From Promethearchaeia archaeon (GTDB lineage: Archaea; Asgardarchaeota; Lokiarchaeia; Sigyniarchaeales; SOKP01), in assembly GCA_029856045.1 (NCBI GenBank), contig JAHQWG010000016.1, positions 1-64,000 on the forward strand: DNA of 64,000 bases. Reading direction: 5' to 3'. Both the position numbers and the translations under genes were made by a program. This document shows positions 38,835-49,079 of the stretch, one piece after another. Under the pieces are notes generated by a model. It was not told the origin of the DNA, searched no databases, and worked only from the letters and a program-made list of their open reading frames with translations. Each line of letters starts with the position of its first letter. The stretch's first letter is position 1.

Positions 38835-39935
38835 TTAATTATCAATTCTTTCACGAAGGAGAGTTTTTATTTTTATTGCTCTTTTATATAGGTTTTCAAT
38901 TTTATCGCCAATCTTTTTAAAATTATGCAGTTTATCAGTTAAAGCATAAGCATTTTTAATTATTTTATTTCTAAAAGTTGAATCATGAAGTAACATTTCA
39001 ATTCCACTCAAAAATTCATTATGATGATATGCTTTACAACAAGACTCATTATGAATTAACCAATTAAAGGGTTCAATATCACGGGCTACAATTGGTAATT
39101 TACAAACTGCAGCTTCCATGAGAGGAATCCCTTGATTTTCTACATATGATGGGAATAAAAGAACATCAGCCCCATAATAAGGCTCACAAATATTATCATA
39201 ATATCCTGTAAAAATACAATTTTCCAGCGATGTAGCTTGTTTTACATAGAAATTTTCTTTTATTGGTCCTACCCAAACAAACCAATAATCTGATAAATCT
39301 CTTGCACATTTATAGAATTCATCAACTCCTTTTCTTCTCCAAGTGAAACCTACATTTAGAATGATTTTGGCATCAATTGGAACATAATATCTTTCATTTA
39401 AAAATTTTCTAAATTTTTCTCGATATTCCTTTTTTTCTTTAAATTTTTCAAATTTAACTCCATTGCTAACTGCATATATTGGTGGTTTTTTCTTTAAATT
39501 TAACCTCTTTATTGAATTTTTAGAAAATTCTGATGGAGTTATTATCAAATGTGACACGTTATATAAATATTTAAGATATAATCGAGTTAATTTTGCCCAA
39601 ATTTTCATATTAGGTAAAAATCCACCTTCTAAATCTTCAACTGTTGTATGTGCATGTTGGATAACTGCAGCATTGTGTGTTTTTTTCATCTTATACAATT
39701 GCCATACAGTTAATGGATCAAATGAGGAACTAGATACTACATCTACTTTATTTTTTTGAACCCATTTTGGTGGAGATTTATTCTCACTTGGGACCCATAC
39801 GTTATGACCCTTATTTCTTAATGAATTGATAACATCCCAAGTATTTGTTTCTATACCACCAACAGTTTTAACTTGGGTGAATTTTTTGTATATATGAAAA
39901 TTTTCGATAAAGATAATATTAAGAATTTTTTTCAT
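38835..39935 (-). CDS. GT4-family glycosyltransferase
   Basis: HAHTTVED, RKGVDEF, FPSYVENQGIPLMEA. Confidence 0.9.
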   Translation of the reverse strand: MKKILNIIFIENFHIYKKFTQVKTVGGIETNTWDVINSLRNKGHNVWVPSENKSPPKWVQKNKVDVVSSSSFDPLTVWQLYKMKKTHNAAVIQHAHTTVEDLEGGFLPNMKIWAKLTRLYLKYLYNVSHLIITPSEFSKNSIKRLNLKKKPPIYAVSNGVKFEKFKEKKEYREKFRKFLNERYYVPIDAKIILNVGFTWRRKGVDEFYKCARDLSDYWFVWVGPIKENFYVKQATSLENCIFTGYYDNICEPYYGADVLLFPSYVENQGIPLMEAAVCKLPIVARDIEPFNWLIHNESCCKAYHHNEFLSGIEMLLHDSTFRNKIIKNAYALTDKLHNFKKIGDKIENLYKRAIKIKTLLRERIDN

Positions 39936-39987
39936 TTACTTTATATTATTTTTAAATTAATATAATTATTTAATTTTAAAATATTCT

Positions 39988-40986
39988 ATGACGATTGAAA
40001 AAATTAGAGTTTCTATTGGTAGTGCCACGATTTTAGGATTAACTTCCATAAAGCTCGAGACCCCTCCAACTACGGTTTATATTATGACTTACAAGAAAGG
40101 AAAATGCATTGCAAATTGTGGTTTTTGTCCTCAAGCTCGTGATTCAAAAAGTTCAACAGAAAAATTATCACGTATCAATTGGCCAATTTTTCCTTTTAAG
40201 GATTTTTTAACCAAATTGAAATATACTGCTTCTTTAAAAAAATATCAGAGAATCTGTGTTCAAACGCTTAATTATGCCGAGAATTTACAAGATTTAATTG
40301 AAATTATATCTGAGATTAAAAAAGTTACCAATCTACCAATATCTGTGGCAATACCTCCAATATCCAAAGATGAATTAAAGGATTTAAAGTTATGTGGAGT
40401 ACAAAGAGTGGGAATAGCATTAGATGGTGCAACACAAGAAATTTTCGAAAAAATTAAGGGAATAGGAGTTAATGGTCCTTATTTTTGGCGTTCTCATTTT
40501 GATAGTTTAAGAGATGCCTTGGATATTTTTAGAAAAGAACTTGTAACCACTCATATAATAATTGGTTTTGGTGAAACTCAGAAAGCAACATTAAAATTAA
40601 TTGCAGAATTGCATGAGTTGTCTATTTTACCCGGATTATTTGCATTTACACCTATTGAAGGAACGAAATTTGAAAATATGATCCAACCAGATATAAATCA
40701 CTTTAGAAAAATACAATTAGGTAGATATTTAATCGTAAATGATTACAAGAAATTAGATGATTTTACATTTAATCAAAAAGGAGATATCATTCATTTTAAT
40801 TTAAATAAGAAAGAATTAAGAAATTTTGTTGATGAGAGTGAAGCTTTCATGACTACGGGATGTCCTAGTTGCAATCGTCCTTATTATACTTCTAAGCCAT
40901 CAGGGCCAATTTATAACTATCCACGAAAATTAAATGAGAATGAGAAAGATGAGATATATAATATATTATCAAATTTTACTAATTAA
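39988..40986 (+). CDS. lipS2: Radical SAM lipoyl synthase subunit LipS2
   Basis: CIANCGFC plus the TTGCPSCNRP motif described for LipS2; adjacent to lipoate ligase. Confidence 0.8.
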   Translation: MTIEKIRVSIGSATILGLTSIKLETPPTTVYIMTYKKGKCIANCGFCPQARDSKSSTEKLSRINWPIFPFKDFLTKLKYTASLKKYQRICVQTLNYAENLQDLIEIISEIKKVTNLPISVAIPPISKDELKDLKLCGVQRVGIALDGATQEIFEKIKGIGVNGPYFWRSHFDSLRDALDIFRKELVTTHIIIGFGETQKATLKLIAELHELSILPGLFAFTPIEGTKFENMIQPDINHFRKIQLGRYLIVNDYKKLDDFTFNQKGDIIHFNLNKKELRNFVDESEAFMTTGCPSCNRPYYTSKPSGPIYNYPRKLNENEKDEIYNILSNFTN

Positions 40987-41003
40987 ACATTTGAAGTGAT
41001 AAA

Positions 41004-41783
41004 ATGGTTCCGTGGAGATTTTTGCCCTTAGAAATCAGAAATGGTTATTGGAATATGGCATTAGATGAAGCAATATTAGAAGCATGTATTGAAAAGAAAT
41101 CTCCAAATACAATTCGGTTATATAAATGGAATCCATCTACAGTGTCTTTAGGATATCATCAGAGTGTATCAGATGAAGTTGATATGGCTGTAGCTAAAGC
41201 GAAAAAAATTAACGTAGTCAGAAGAATAACGGGAGGTGGTGCAGTATTTCATGATTCTGAAGGAGAAATTACTTATTCAATTATATGTCCTTCAAAATTT
41301 TTTGAGATAATGGGATACAGAAGAGTAATTGAACAATATGAAATTATTACTCAAGGAATTATTAATGCACTTGATTTTTTTAATTTAAAAACAGATAAGG
41401 GAGTCATCCATTGCCCAGCGATTTTTTTAGATGGGAAAAAGTTTTCAGGAAATGCACAAAGGAAGAGAAGGGGATACTTATTACAACATGGAACAATATT
41501 ATTAGAAATCCAGCCAGAATTAATGTATTCAGTCTTGAAAGCACCAAAAAACGTCTCAACAAAGAAAATGGTGGCATCAGTGTATGCAAAAGTAATTGGA
41601 ATTAGAGAACAAATTAAAAATTTTGATGAAAACAAATTTATATCTTTTCTTATTGATGGTTTTGAAAATGCTCTAGGGATTCAATTAGAAACTGGAGATT
41701 TTTCACAATACGAGTTAGATTTAGCAAAAAAATTGGTTAAGGAAAAATATAATACGGAGAAATGGTTATATAAATATGAATAA
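41004..41783 (+). CDS. Lipoate/octanoate--protein ligase catalytic domain
   Basis: NMALDEA, RRITGGGAVFHD, KKFSGNAQ, LQHGT. Confidence 0.92.
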   Translation: MVPWRFLPLEIRNGYWNMALDEAILEACIEKKSPNTIRLYKWNPSTVSLGYHQSVSDEVDMAVAKAKKINVVRRITGGGAVFHDSEGEITYSIICPSKFFEIMGYRRVIEQYEIITQGIINALDFFNLKTDKGVIHCPAIFLDGKKFSGNAQRKRRGYLLQHGTILLEIQPELMYSVLKAPKNVSTKKMVASVYAKVIGIREQIKNFDENKFISFLIDGFENALGIQLETGDFSQYELDLAKKLVKEKYNTEKWLYKYE

Positions 41784-42840
41784 TACCCACACTCTATTAG
41801 GAAAAATTAAAACAGGAAATGCTTTATGGGATGATTATTTGGAATTTTTAAAATTGAAAGAAGATGATGAATTAGATTCCTTTTTTCATCTTGCTCAAAA
41901 AATAAAAATTCAAAATTTTAAAAATCAATTAAAAATTTATATTCCTAATAAAAGATTTCCTGCTGTAAGTGTAACTGGAAATGAATGTGCATTAAATTGT
42001 CAGCATTGTAGTAAGAAATATTTGGAAGGAATGAAGCCAATTTTAAATCCTATTGAATTAGAAAAATTTTTACTACATCTTTCAAAAAATAATGGAGTAG
42101 GTGCTTTAATTTCAGGAGGTTGTGATGAAAATGGCTCTGTACCACTAAAAAGTTTTTTGGATGTTATTAAAAGTATAAAAAATAAGACAAATTTAATTAT
42201 TAATGCTCATACTGGGTTACTGGACGAAAATACTGCACAGAAATTAGCAGAATCTAAAGTTGATATAATATCATTTGATATTAATATTGATGAGGAAATC
42301 ATTCATAATATTTACAGGTTGGAAAAAAATATAGAAGATTATAAAAATGCTATTAATCTATTAAAAAAATATAATTTAAATATCATTCCTCATATTTGTG
42401 TAGGTCTTTTTTACGGAAAACTCCATAAGGAACTTGATTCAATAAAATTTATAAAGCAAATATTAGTTAATCCTTCTATAATTGTGTTAATTGCTTTAAT
42501 TCCACCAATAAATTCAGAAAAAGCAAAAAAATTTGTAGCTCCTAATCCTATCGATATTGCAAAAGTAATTGCAGTTAATCGATTTGTATTTCCTAAGGCA
42601 GAACTTTCATTAGGATGTATGCGGCCAAGAGGACCTTTAAGATTTGAAATAGAGAAATATGCATTAATGGCAGGAGTTAATAGAATAGAGATTCCTATGA
42701 AAAAAACTTTAAGTTGGGCAAAAAAAAGATTTCCAGGAATCTCATTCGAGTTTTTTTCTGCTTGTTGTGCCATATCTAAGGATTATGAGAAACTTGCTGA
42801 AAGTTTTGGAAAAGATATTAAAAGATATTCAAAAATATAG
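41776..42840 (+). CDS. lipS1: Radical SAM lipoyl synthase subunit LipS1
   Basis: CALNCQHC plus the GCMR and C-terminal CC motifs described for LipS1. Confidence 0.8.
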   Translation: MNNTHTLLGKIKTGNALWDDYLEFLKLKEDDELDSFFHLAQKIKIQNFKNQLKIYIPNKRFPAVSVTGNECALNCQHCSKKYLEGMKPILNPIELEKFLLHLSKNNGVGALISGGCDENGSVPLKSFLDVIKSIKNKTNLIINAHTGLLDENTAQKLAESKVDIISFDINIDEEIIHNIYRLEKNIEDYKNAINLLKKYNLNIIPHICVGLFYGKLHKELDSIKFIKQILVNPSIIVLIALIPPINSEKAKKFVAPNPIDIAKVIAVNRFVFPKAELSLGCMRPRGPLRFEIEKYALMAGVNRIEIPMKKTLSWAKKRFPGISFEFFSACCAISKDYEKLAESFGKDIKRYSKI

Positions 42841-42855
42841 AAAAAGTGAGAAAAT

Positions 42856-43656
42856 ATGCAAATTAAAAATCAAATTAAGATAATAGGTGTTAAAAATATA
42901 CCTCTTATAAAAGAAGGAGATAATATACCAAGAATAATTTTTAATACATTAAGAGAAAACAGTTTAAACTTAAAAGATAAGGATATTATCGTTATTGCTC
43001 AATCAATTATCTCAAAAAGTAATGGGAGAATTAAAAATTTAAATGAGGTTAATCCTAGTAAAAAAGCAATTGAGATATATAAAAAAATAGAACCTAAAGC
43101 TAAAAAAGTAGGAATTCCAATGAAATCGCCAGAATTAATCCAAGCAATTTTAGATGAATCGAGAGAAATCCTTAAAATTGAGCATGTTCTAATCGTTGAA
43201 ACAAAACCACAAGGTTTTATTTGCGCTAATGCGGGAATTGATCAATCAAATGTTGCGGGAAAAAACAATATAACTTTATTACCAGAAAATCCAGATGAAG
43301 ATGCTAAGAAAATAAGGAATGAACTTAAAAAGTTAACCAAAAGAGAGGTTGCAGTAATTATTTCTGACTCATTTGGGAGACCATTTAGAAATGGATCAAT
43401 AGGTGTTGCACTAGGTATTGCTGGTATTAATCCGATATTAGATAAACGAGGGTTTAAAGATTTATTTGGTTATGAATTACAAACAACAATTATAGGACAA
43501 GCAGATAATATTGTTTCTGCAGCGCAACTAATTATGGGAGAGGCAGATGAGGGAATTCCTGTTGTAATAATTAGAGGTTATGATTACGAAATAGATGAAA
43601 ATGCTTCAATTAAGACCATTTTGAGAGAAATTGATTTAGATATATTTAGGAGTTGA
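42856..43656 (+). CDS. cofE: Coenzyme F420-0:L-glutamate ligase
   Basis: ANAGIDQSN, DSFGRPFRNG, MGEADEGIPVVIIRG. Confidence 0.95.
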   Translation: MQIKNQIKIIGVKNIPLIKEGDNIPRIIFNTLRENSLNLKDKDIIVIAQSIISKSNGRIKNLNEVNPSKKAIEIYKKIEPKAKKVGIPMKSPELIQAILDESREILKIEHVLIVETKPQGFICANAGIDQSNVAGKNNITLLPENPDEDAKKIRNELKKLTKREVAVIISDSFGRPFRNGSIGVALGIAGINPILDKRGFKDLFGYELQTTIIGQADNIVSAAQLIMGEADEGIPVVIIRGYDYEIDENASIKTILREIDLDIFRS

Positions 43657-44285
43657 ATTTAATGGATTTATTAGAAAGTTTAAAAAAAAGAAGGAGTTAT
43701 AAATTTCCTTTTGAAAAAAAGCAAATTGACCCCAAAATAATTGAAAAATGTATCAATATTTCTAAATGGGCTCCTTCTGCACATAATTCTCAACCTTGGC
43801 GTTATATTGTATTGCAGAATATGGATCTAAGAACCAAATTAATTAATAGGATGAATAATAAGCTGAGAAAGGATTTGAGAAATGACGGTAAATCTGAAGA
43901 ATTCATAGAGAATAAAATTAAAACAACAAAAACGCAATTTCTCCAAGCACCCATTTTAATTCTCGCGGGTATTGATTTAAAGGCATTAAAAGACTATCAG
44001 GATAGTGAGAGAAAGCATAATGAGTTTGTTTTAGGAGTTTTAAGCGTCGCAAGTTCAATAACTTATTTACTAATCTCACTTCAAGAGCACGGTTTAGTTT
44101 CTTGCTGGTATTCTGCACCATTGTTTGCGAGAGAAATAGTCTCAGAAATGTTGAAATTACCGGGAACGTATTATCCATTAGCATTTATCACGGTTGGATA
44201 TCCTTCAATAAAAGAGATTACCCCCCCTAAACATCAAAAATTAGATACATTTTTATTTTATAATTCGAATTTGCCAATAACATAA
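43653..44285 (+). CDS. Nitroreductase-family protein (FbiB C-terminal/FbiE-like)
   Basis: RRS, APSAHNSQPWRY, SCWYSAPLF, VGYP; lies between cofE and cofD. Confidence 0.85.
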   Translation: MNLMDLLESLKKRRSYKFPFEKKQIDPKIIEKCINISKWAPSAHNSQPWRYIVLQNMDLRTKLINRMNNKLRKDLRNDGKSEEFIENKIKTTKTQFLQAPILILAGIDLKALKDYQDSERKHNEFVLGVLSVASSITYLLISLQEHGLVSCWYSAPLFAREIVSEMLKLPGTYYPLAFITVGYPSIKEITPPKHQKLDTFLFYNSNLPIT

Positions 44286-44298
44286 GAGTAGAGATAAA

Positions 44299-45237
44299 TT
44301 GTCAGAAAGTTCAAAAATTGTGGTCCTAGCAGGTGGGATCGGTGCAGCTAAATTAATCAATGGTTTAATCGTAGTTTTACCAGAAGAGAATTTTCAAATT
44401 ATTGTAAATACAGGAGACGACATAGAATTGTTTGGATTAAAGATTTGTCCGGATTTAGATATTATCACCTATAATATTGCGGGAATTGTTGATAAGAATA
44501 AAGGTTGGGGATTTGAGAATGATAATTTTAATTGCTTAAATATTTTAAAAAAATATTATGATTTTAATTGGTTTAATATTGGAGATAAGGATGCAGCAAC
44601 TCATATTTTTAGAACTGATTTAATGAATAAGGGAATTTCAAAATCAGAGGCCACAAAAACGATTTGCAATAAATTAGGAGTTAAATGTGAGATTATACCT
44701 ATGACTGATACATGGGTGGAGACACACATAATAACACCACGTGGAGATATTCATTTTGAAGAATATTTTATAAAATATAATACAAACATTCTAGTTAAAG
44801 ATGTAATTTTTAATGGAATAGATAAAGCCGAACCAGTAAAAGGTGTTTTAAAGAAAATTGAAAAGGCTAAAAAAATTATTATTTGCCCATCAAATCCAAT
44901 TGTATCAATTAAACCTATTTTAGAGGTAAAGGGGATAAGAGATACCTTAAAGAAAGTGAAAAATAAGGTAATTGGAGTCTGTCCTTTAATAAAAGGTGCT
45001 CCAGTGAAAGGTCCTACAGATAAATTAATGAAAGCTTTAAATCTTGAAGTTTCAGCTTTTGGAGTGGCAAAATATTATGCAGATTTTTTAGGACATTTTA
45101 TCATTGATAAACAAGATAAAAAAATTAAACCTCAAATTGAAAAATTAGGAATAAAAACCTATACGTATGATACATTAATGAAAAATTTACAAAAAAAAGT
45201 GGCATTAGCAAAATATATTATTAATTTAAACATATAA
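44299..45237 (+). CDS. cofD: 2-phospho-L-lactate/PEP transferase CofD/FbiA
   Basis: LAGGIGAAK, NTGDD, CPDLD, HFEEY, PSNPIVSI. Confidence 0.95.
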   Translation: MSESSKIVVLAGGIGAAKLINGLIVVLPEENFQIIVNTGDDIELFGLKICPDLDIITYNIAGIVDKNKGWGFENDNFNCLNILKKYYDFNWFNIGDKDAATHIFRTDLMNKGISKSEATKTICNKLGVKCEIIPMTDTWVETHIITPRGDIHFEEYFIKYNTNILVKDVIFNGIDKAEPVKGVLKKIEKAKKIIICPSNPIVSIKPILEVKGIRDTLKKVKNKVIGVCPLIKGAPVKGPTDKLMKALNLEVSAFGVAKYYADFLGHFIIDKQDKKIKPQIEKLGIKTYTYDTLMKNLQKKVALAKYIINLNI

Positions 45238-45244
45238 AGTGTTA

Positions 45245-46675
45245 TTATGTGATTGTAACTTCTCCTTCTTCTTCTATTTCACTCTTTTCTTGTTCTGTAG
45301 TGACTAAATAATCTCCAACAGTAGCTTGAATTTCTTTTATTTCTCCTTCTTCCTTCAATTGACTAATTAGGGCTCTTTTTTTAACATAAGATATTATTTG
45401 AGCACTTATAGGGAAAAGTAATATTATTGGCAACATTACAACAAGTATTATTTCCGGTGAGAACATTGCAACACTTCTTGATATCGCCTCCGGTAAATTC
45501 AAAACTGAAATAATTAACCAAGAAGTATGGAGAATAATAAAACCAATAGAGATTAATGCAATTACTCTAATAAAAAAACTAGTGAGAGTTGAAATGATGA
45601 GTTTAGAAGGCCTTGGTGCGGAACTTGTGGCTGTGAGTGTATCTCGTGCTTCTGAATCTTCTATAAACAATCTTTCTATATAACTCCCTAATCGTCTTGT
45701 ATCATGAGCAGCAGAAATCAATTTCTTTTCCTCCTCTTCTAATTTCTTTTTTAATATCATCTCCTTTATATATGAGAATTTTTGTTCCTTCTTTCCTAAG
45801 AACTTAGAAATTTTTGCCCCCTTTTCAATTCCCAATTCTTCCTTTTTCTTTTTACTTTCTTCTTTAATCTGTTCAATATTTGTTGTAATCTCCAAAGCTT
45901 CTTTATTTAATACTTCTAATTGAGATTCCAATCTTTCAGTTCTTTCTAATGAAGGCATCGAGACTATATTTGTATAATTTATTTGAAAGGAGAGATCTAG
46001 ATAAATATAAAGAGCAAGTGCCAATTGAGAAATAGAACTTAAAATAAAAGCCATAAAGTCATTAACCGGTCTATCAAGAATAGATGGAAAGAGCGGATTT
46101 GGAAGATCATCTAAGTATTCTATACTAATAGTAAATAAATCAAACATATTTCTTAATCCTTCAAAGAACAGCGGAATTATAATCATTCCTACAAGGCACC
46201 CAACTACCCAGAAATTATATTTTGGATTTGTTTGAAGAATAGATCTAATAAAATTAATAATTAGAAGTAGAAATAAGATTTGAAATGATACATTATAAAT
46301 ATCATCCGTTATTAATTCAATTTGATTTAATAAACGGGTTGGAATCTGGCCCAAGGATTCTACTGATCCTTCTGGAAATGCAAACCATGAGTTTAAAAGA
46401 CCTTTAAATAAATTATCAAGAAAATTACGCATAAAAGAAGAATCAAAATGGCCGTGCCATAAAAACAAGAAAACTACCATCATGGATATTCCTACTGCGA
46501 CCAAATAGAGCAATCCAAAAATCAAATAGCTAATAATATTCTTTAAAGAAGTAATTACATTAATTATTGCAGCAAAATCAATTAAACTATTATCAAAAAT
46601 CGTATTAAAAATTGCTAAAATCCAAAAAAATACTAAAATATTTGCAACTTTTAATGTTGTTAGATACCATCTCAC
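45245..46675 (-). CDS. Polytopic membrane protein with large coiled-coil loop, last gene of the MoxR operon
   Basis: Several TM segments flanking an E/K-rich helical region. Confidence 0.7.
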   Translation of the reverse strand: MRWYLTTLKVANILVFFWILAIFNTIFDNSLIDFAAIINVITSLKNIISYLIFGLLYLVAVGISMMVVFLFLWHGHFDSSFMRNFLDNLFKGLLNSWFAFPEGSVESLGQIPTRLLNQIELITDDIYNVSFQILFLLLIINFIRSILQTNPKYNFWVVGCLVGMIIIPLFFEGLRNMFDLFTISIEYLDDLPNPLFPSILDRPVNDFMAFILSSISQLALALYIYLDLSFQINYTNIVSMPSLERTERLESQLEVLNKEALEITTNIEQIKEESKKKKEELGIEKGAKISKFLGKKEQKFSYIKEMILKKKLEEEEKKLISAAHDTRRLGSYIERLFIEDSEARDTLTATSSAPRPSKLIISTLTSFFIRVIALISIGFIILHTSWLIISVLNLPEAISRSVAMFSPEIILVVMLPIILLFPISAQIISYVKKRALISQLKEEGEIKEIQATVGDYLVTTEQEKSEIEEEGEVTIT

Positions 46676-46678
46676 TAT

Positions 46679-47983
46679 TTAATACGCCTTCCCCTTTTTC
46701 TTTGCTTCTAAATATTGGGCTAAAATCTGAGACATCATATCATCTGGGCCCACACTAATAATTGGTACTCCCAATGCTCTGGCATTTTGTCTTATTTTTA
46801 GAATTTGTTCCATCATTTCTTCTGATATTGCTTCAGCTAGAGCTTTATCACTTGGGGATAAATCAACCTCGTGAATTTCAAACCAAGGACTAAATGGACT
46901 TACGACAACTAAAGAATGCTTCCACATTACAACTTTTTTAATTCCCTTTATAATATCATCAGAAGTTTGCTCTAAATCTGTAATTAAGAACACTAAACTC
47001 CTTTTTTGAAATCTTTTATTAATAAAATCCATTGCTTCTTCTAATTTAGTTTTTCCAGATGGTTTTACTTTTGCAATAAAATCAAGCACTTGATAGAAAT
47101 GATCGCTCCCACTATTTGGTTCCTTAAAATAATAATTTTTTTTATCTGAAAATAAAAAAACCCCAACTGAATCTTTTCTCGTGAGTGATATCTTTGTTAA
47201 TAACATTGTAGCTCTAATAGCATATTCGAATTTTGTGTTTTCAATTGATCCACCTGCCATAGACTCTCCACAATCAACCATTATTAGCACTGTAATGTCT
47301 CTCTCCGATTCAAATTCTTTAACTATGAGTTTCTGATGACGAGCACTTGCTTTCCAATCAATTAATCGAAATTGGTCTCCAAATACATATTTTCTCATTC
47401 CATAGAATTCAGAACCCAAACCTTTCATCTTTGATCTTTGAACACCGTAGTTTAAACTAAGAGATCTTTTTGAACCAAGAATTTCAATTCGTCTAATATC
47501 CTCATAAGGAGGATAAATTAAAATTTTGGTGACTGATTTTGGAACGATTCTTTCTTCAGAATTAAAACCTAATCTATCTTTTACAATGACGGATAATGGT
47601 CCAAAAGGATATTCACCTCGAACCCTTGGTTGTAAGATGTAAGAAAATTTTATTATTTCTTTTGGATCAATTCTTGTTAAAATGTAATTTTCTCCTAAAA
47701 CCAATCTGAAAAGTGTAGGGTTGTAATAATCTCTCACTTCGATAAATTCAAATTTATTTTTCCCCAAATTTTCTACAACGACTTTCACATGAACAAAATC
47801 ATCTTTGAATACCTTATTTTTCTCTAATTCCCTTGTAACCTTGAGATCTTCAATATTTAACCCTAAATAAAATGATGGCAAGCTGATAATCGTTGAAAAT
47901 AAGAGTATAATTGCAAGGAAAATTAAAAAAAAATTTACAAAGGCAAACCCTGCCATTAAAAAAAATGCAGAGAGCAGTATCAA
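46679..47983 (-). CDS. DUF58 / vWA-like protein (start possibly ATA at 48007)
   Basis: EFYGMRKYVFGD..RLIDWKASAR..KLIVKEFE; next to moxR. Confidence 0.9.
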   Translation of the reverse strand: MILLSAFFLMAGFAFVNFFLIFLAIILLFSTIISLPSFYLGLNIEDLKVTRELEKNKVFKDDFVHVKVVVENLGKNKFEFIEVRDYYNPTLFRLVLGENYILTRIDPKEIIKFSYILQPRVRGEYPFGPLSVIVKDRLGFNSEERIVPKSVTKILIYPPYEDIRRIEILGSKRSLSLNYGVQRSKMKGLGSEFYGMRKYVFGDQFRLIDWKASARHQKLIVKEFESERDITVLIMVDCGESMAGGSIENTKFEYAIRATMLLTKISLTRKDSVGVFLFSDKKNYYFKEPNSGSDHFYQVLDFIAKVKPSGKTKLEEAMDFINKRFQKRSLVFLITDLEQTSDDIIKGIKKVVMWKHSLVVVSPFSPWFEIHEVDLSPSDKALAEAISEEMMEQILKIRQNARALGVPIISVGPDDMMSQILAQYLEAKKKGKAY

Positions 47984-48031
47984 TAACCGTCCATGTCCCG
48001 CTAGTATTTTATCTTCACCATTTTATTTTTT

Positions 48032-49012
48032 TTATATAGGAACTGGTAACTCTTCCAATATTCTTTTAATAACTGTGCTAGTATCAAGACCTTCTAATTC
48101 TGCTTCTGGTTTTAATAATACACGGTGGTTTAATACTGATATACATAGTGATTTTACGTCATCAGGAGTTACATAATTCCGTCCTAGAATTGCTGCTCTT
48201 GCCTTACCACATTTCATTAATGCTAAACTTGCTCTAGGTCCAGCTCCTAGAGCAATTTGTGGGTGTTGCCTAGTTTTAATGATAATATCTCTAATATATT
48301 TAAGGATTCTATCATCAATATATACCATATTTACCAAACTTTGAATTTGAATTATTTCTTCAGAATTGGTTATATTTTCAACAGCACTTACATCTCCAGA
48401 TAATTGTCGGCGAATAATCTCAACCTCATCATCTATTTCTGGATAATCAAGCCAAAGTTTAAAGATGAACCGGTCAACTTGAGCCTCCGGAAGGGGATAT
48501 GTACCTTCCATTTCTATTGGATTTTCCGTTGCAACAACCATAAATGGTTTTTCTAATATCCTAGTTTCATTTTCAATTGTCACTTGCCGTTCAGCCATCG
48601 CTTCTAGAAGAGCTGCTTGAGTTTTAGGGGCACTTCTGTTTATTTCATCCGCGAGAACTATATTAGCGAAGATTGGTCCTGGCATTAATACAAAACTACC
48701 TTCACTTTGATCAAAAATTTTGGTGCCAGTGATGTCTGCAGGTAAGAGATCTGGTGTAAATTGTACTCTACTAAATGACATACCGAGCACTTTTGCAAAC
48801 GTTTTTGCCATAACCGTTTTTCCAAGGCCTGGTACGCCTTCTAGCAAAACATGACCGTTTACTAGAAGTGCGATAAAAAGGTTCTGCATGATTTCTCCAT
48901 ATCCTACAATAACAGATGCTACTTCTGAGAGAACATTTTGTGCAACATTCCTTACTGGAGATAGGTCAAATTCTTGTCCAAATCGGTCTTTTACTTTTTT
49001 TGGTGCTTCCAT
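48032..49012 (-). CDS. moxR: MoxR-family AAA+ ATPase
   Basis: GHVLLEGVPGLGKT, QFTPDLLPADITG, DEINR, EGTYPLPEAQVDRF. Confidence 0.96.
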   Translation of the reverse strand: MEAPKKVKDRFGQEFDLSPVRNVAQNVLSEVASVIVGYGEIMQNLFIALLVNGHVLLEGVPGLGKTVMAKTFAKVLGMSFSRVQFTPDLLPADITGTKIFDQSEGSFVLMPGPIFANIVLADEINRSAPKTQAALLEAMAERQVTIENETRILEKPFMVVATENPIEMEGTYPLPEAQVDRFIFKLWLDYPEIDDEVEIIRRQLSGDVSAVENITNSEEIIQIQSLVNMVYIDDRILKYIRDIIIKTRQHPQIALGAGPRASLALMKCGKARAAILGRNYVTPDDVKSLCISVLNHRVLLKPEAELEGLDTSTVIKRILEELPVPI

Positions 49013-49079
49013 TTTTTTTCACTTTTTTATTTTTTTTTTTTTAATTTGTTTATTTTTTTAATGATTTAATTTTGGGCAA

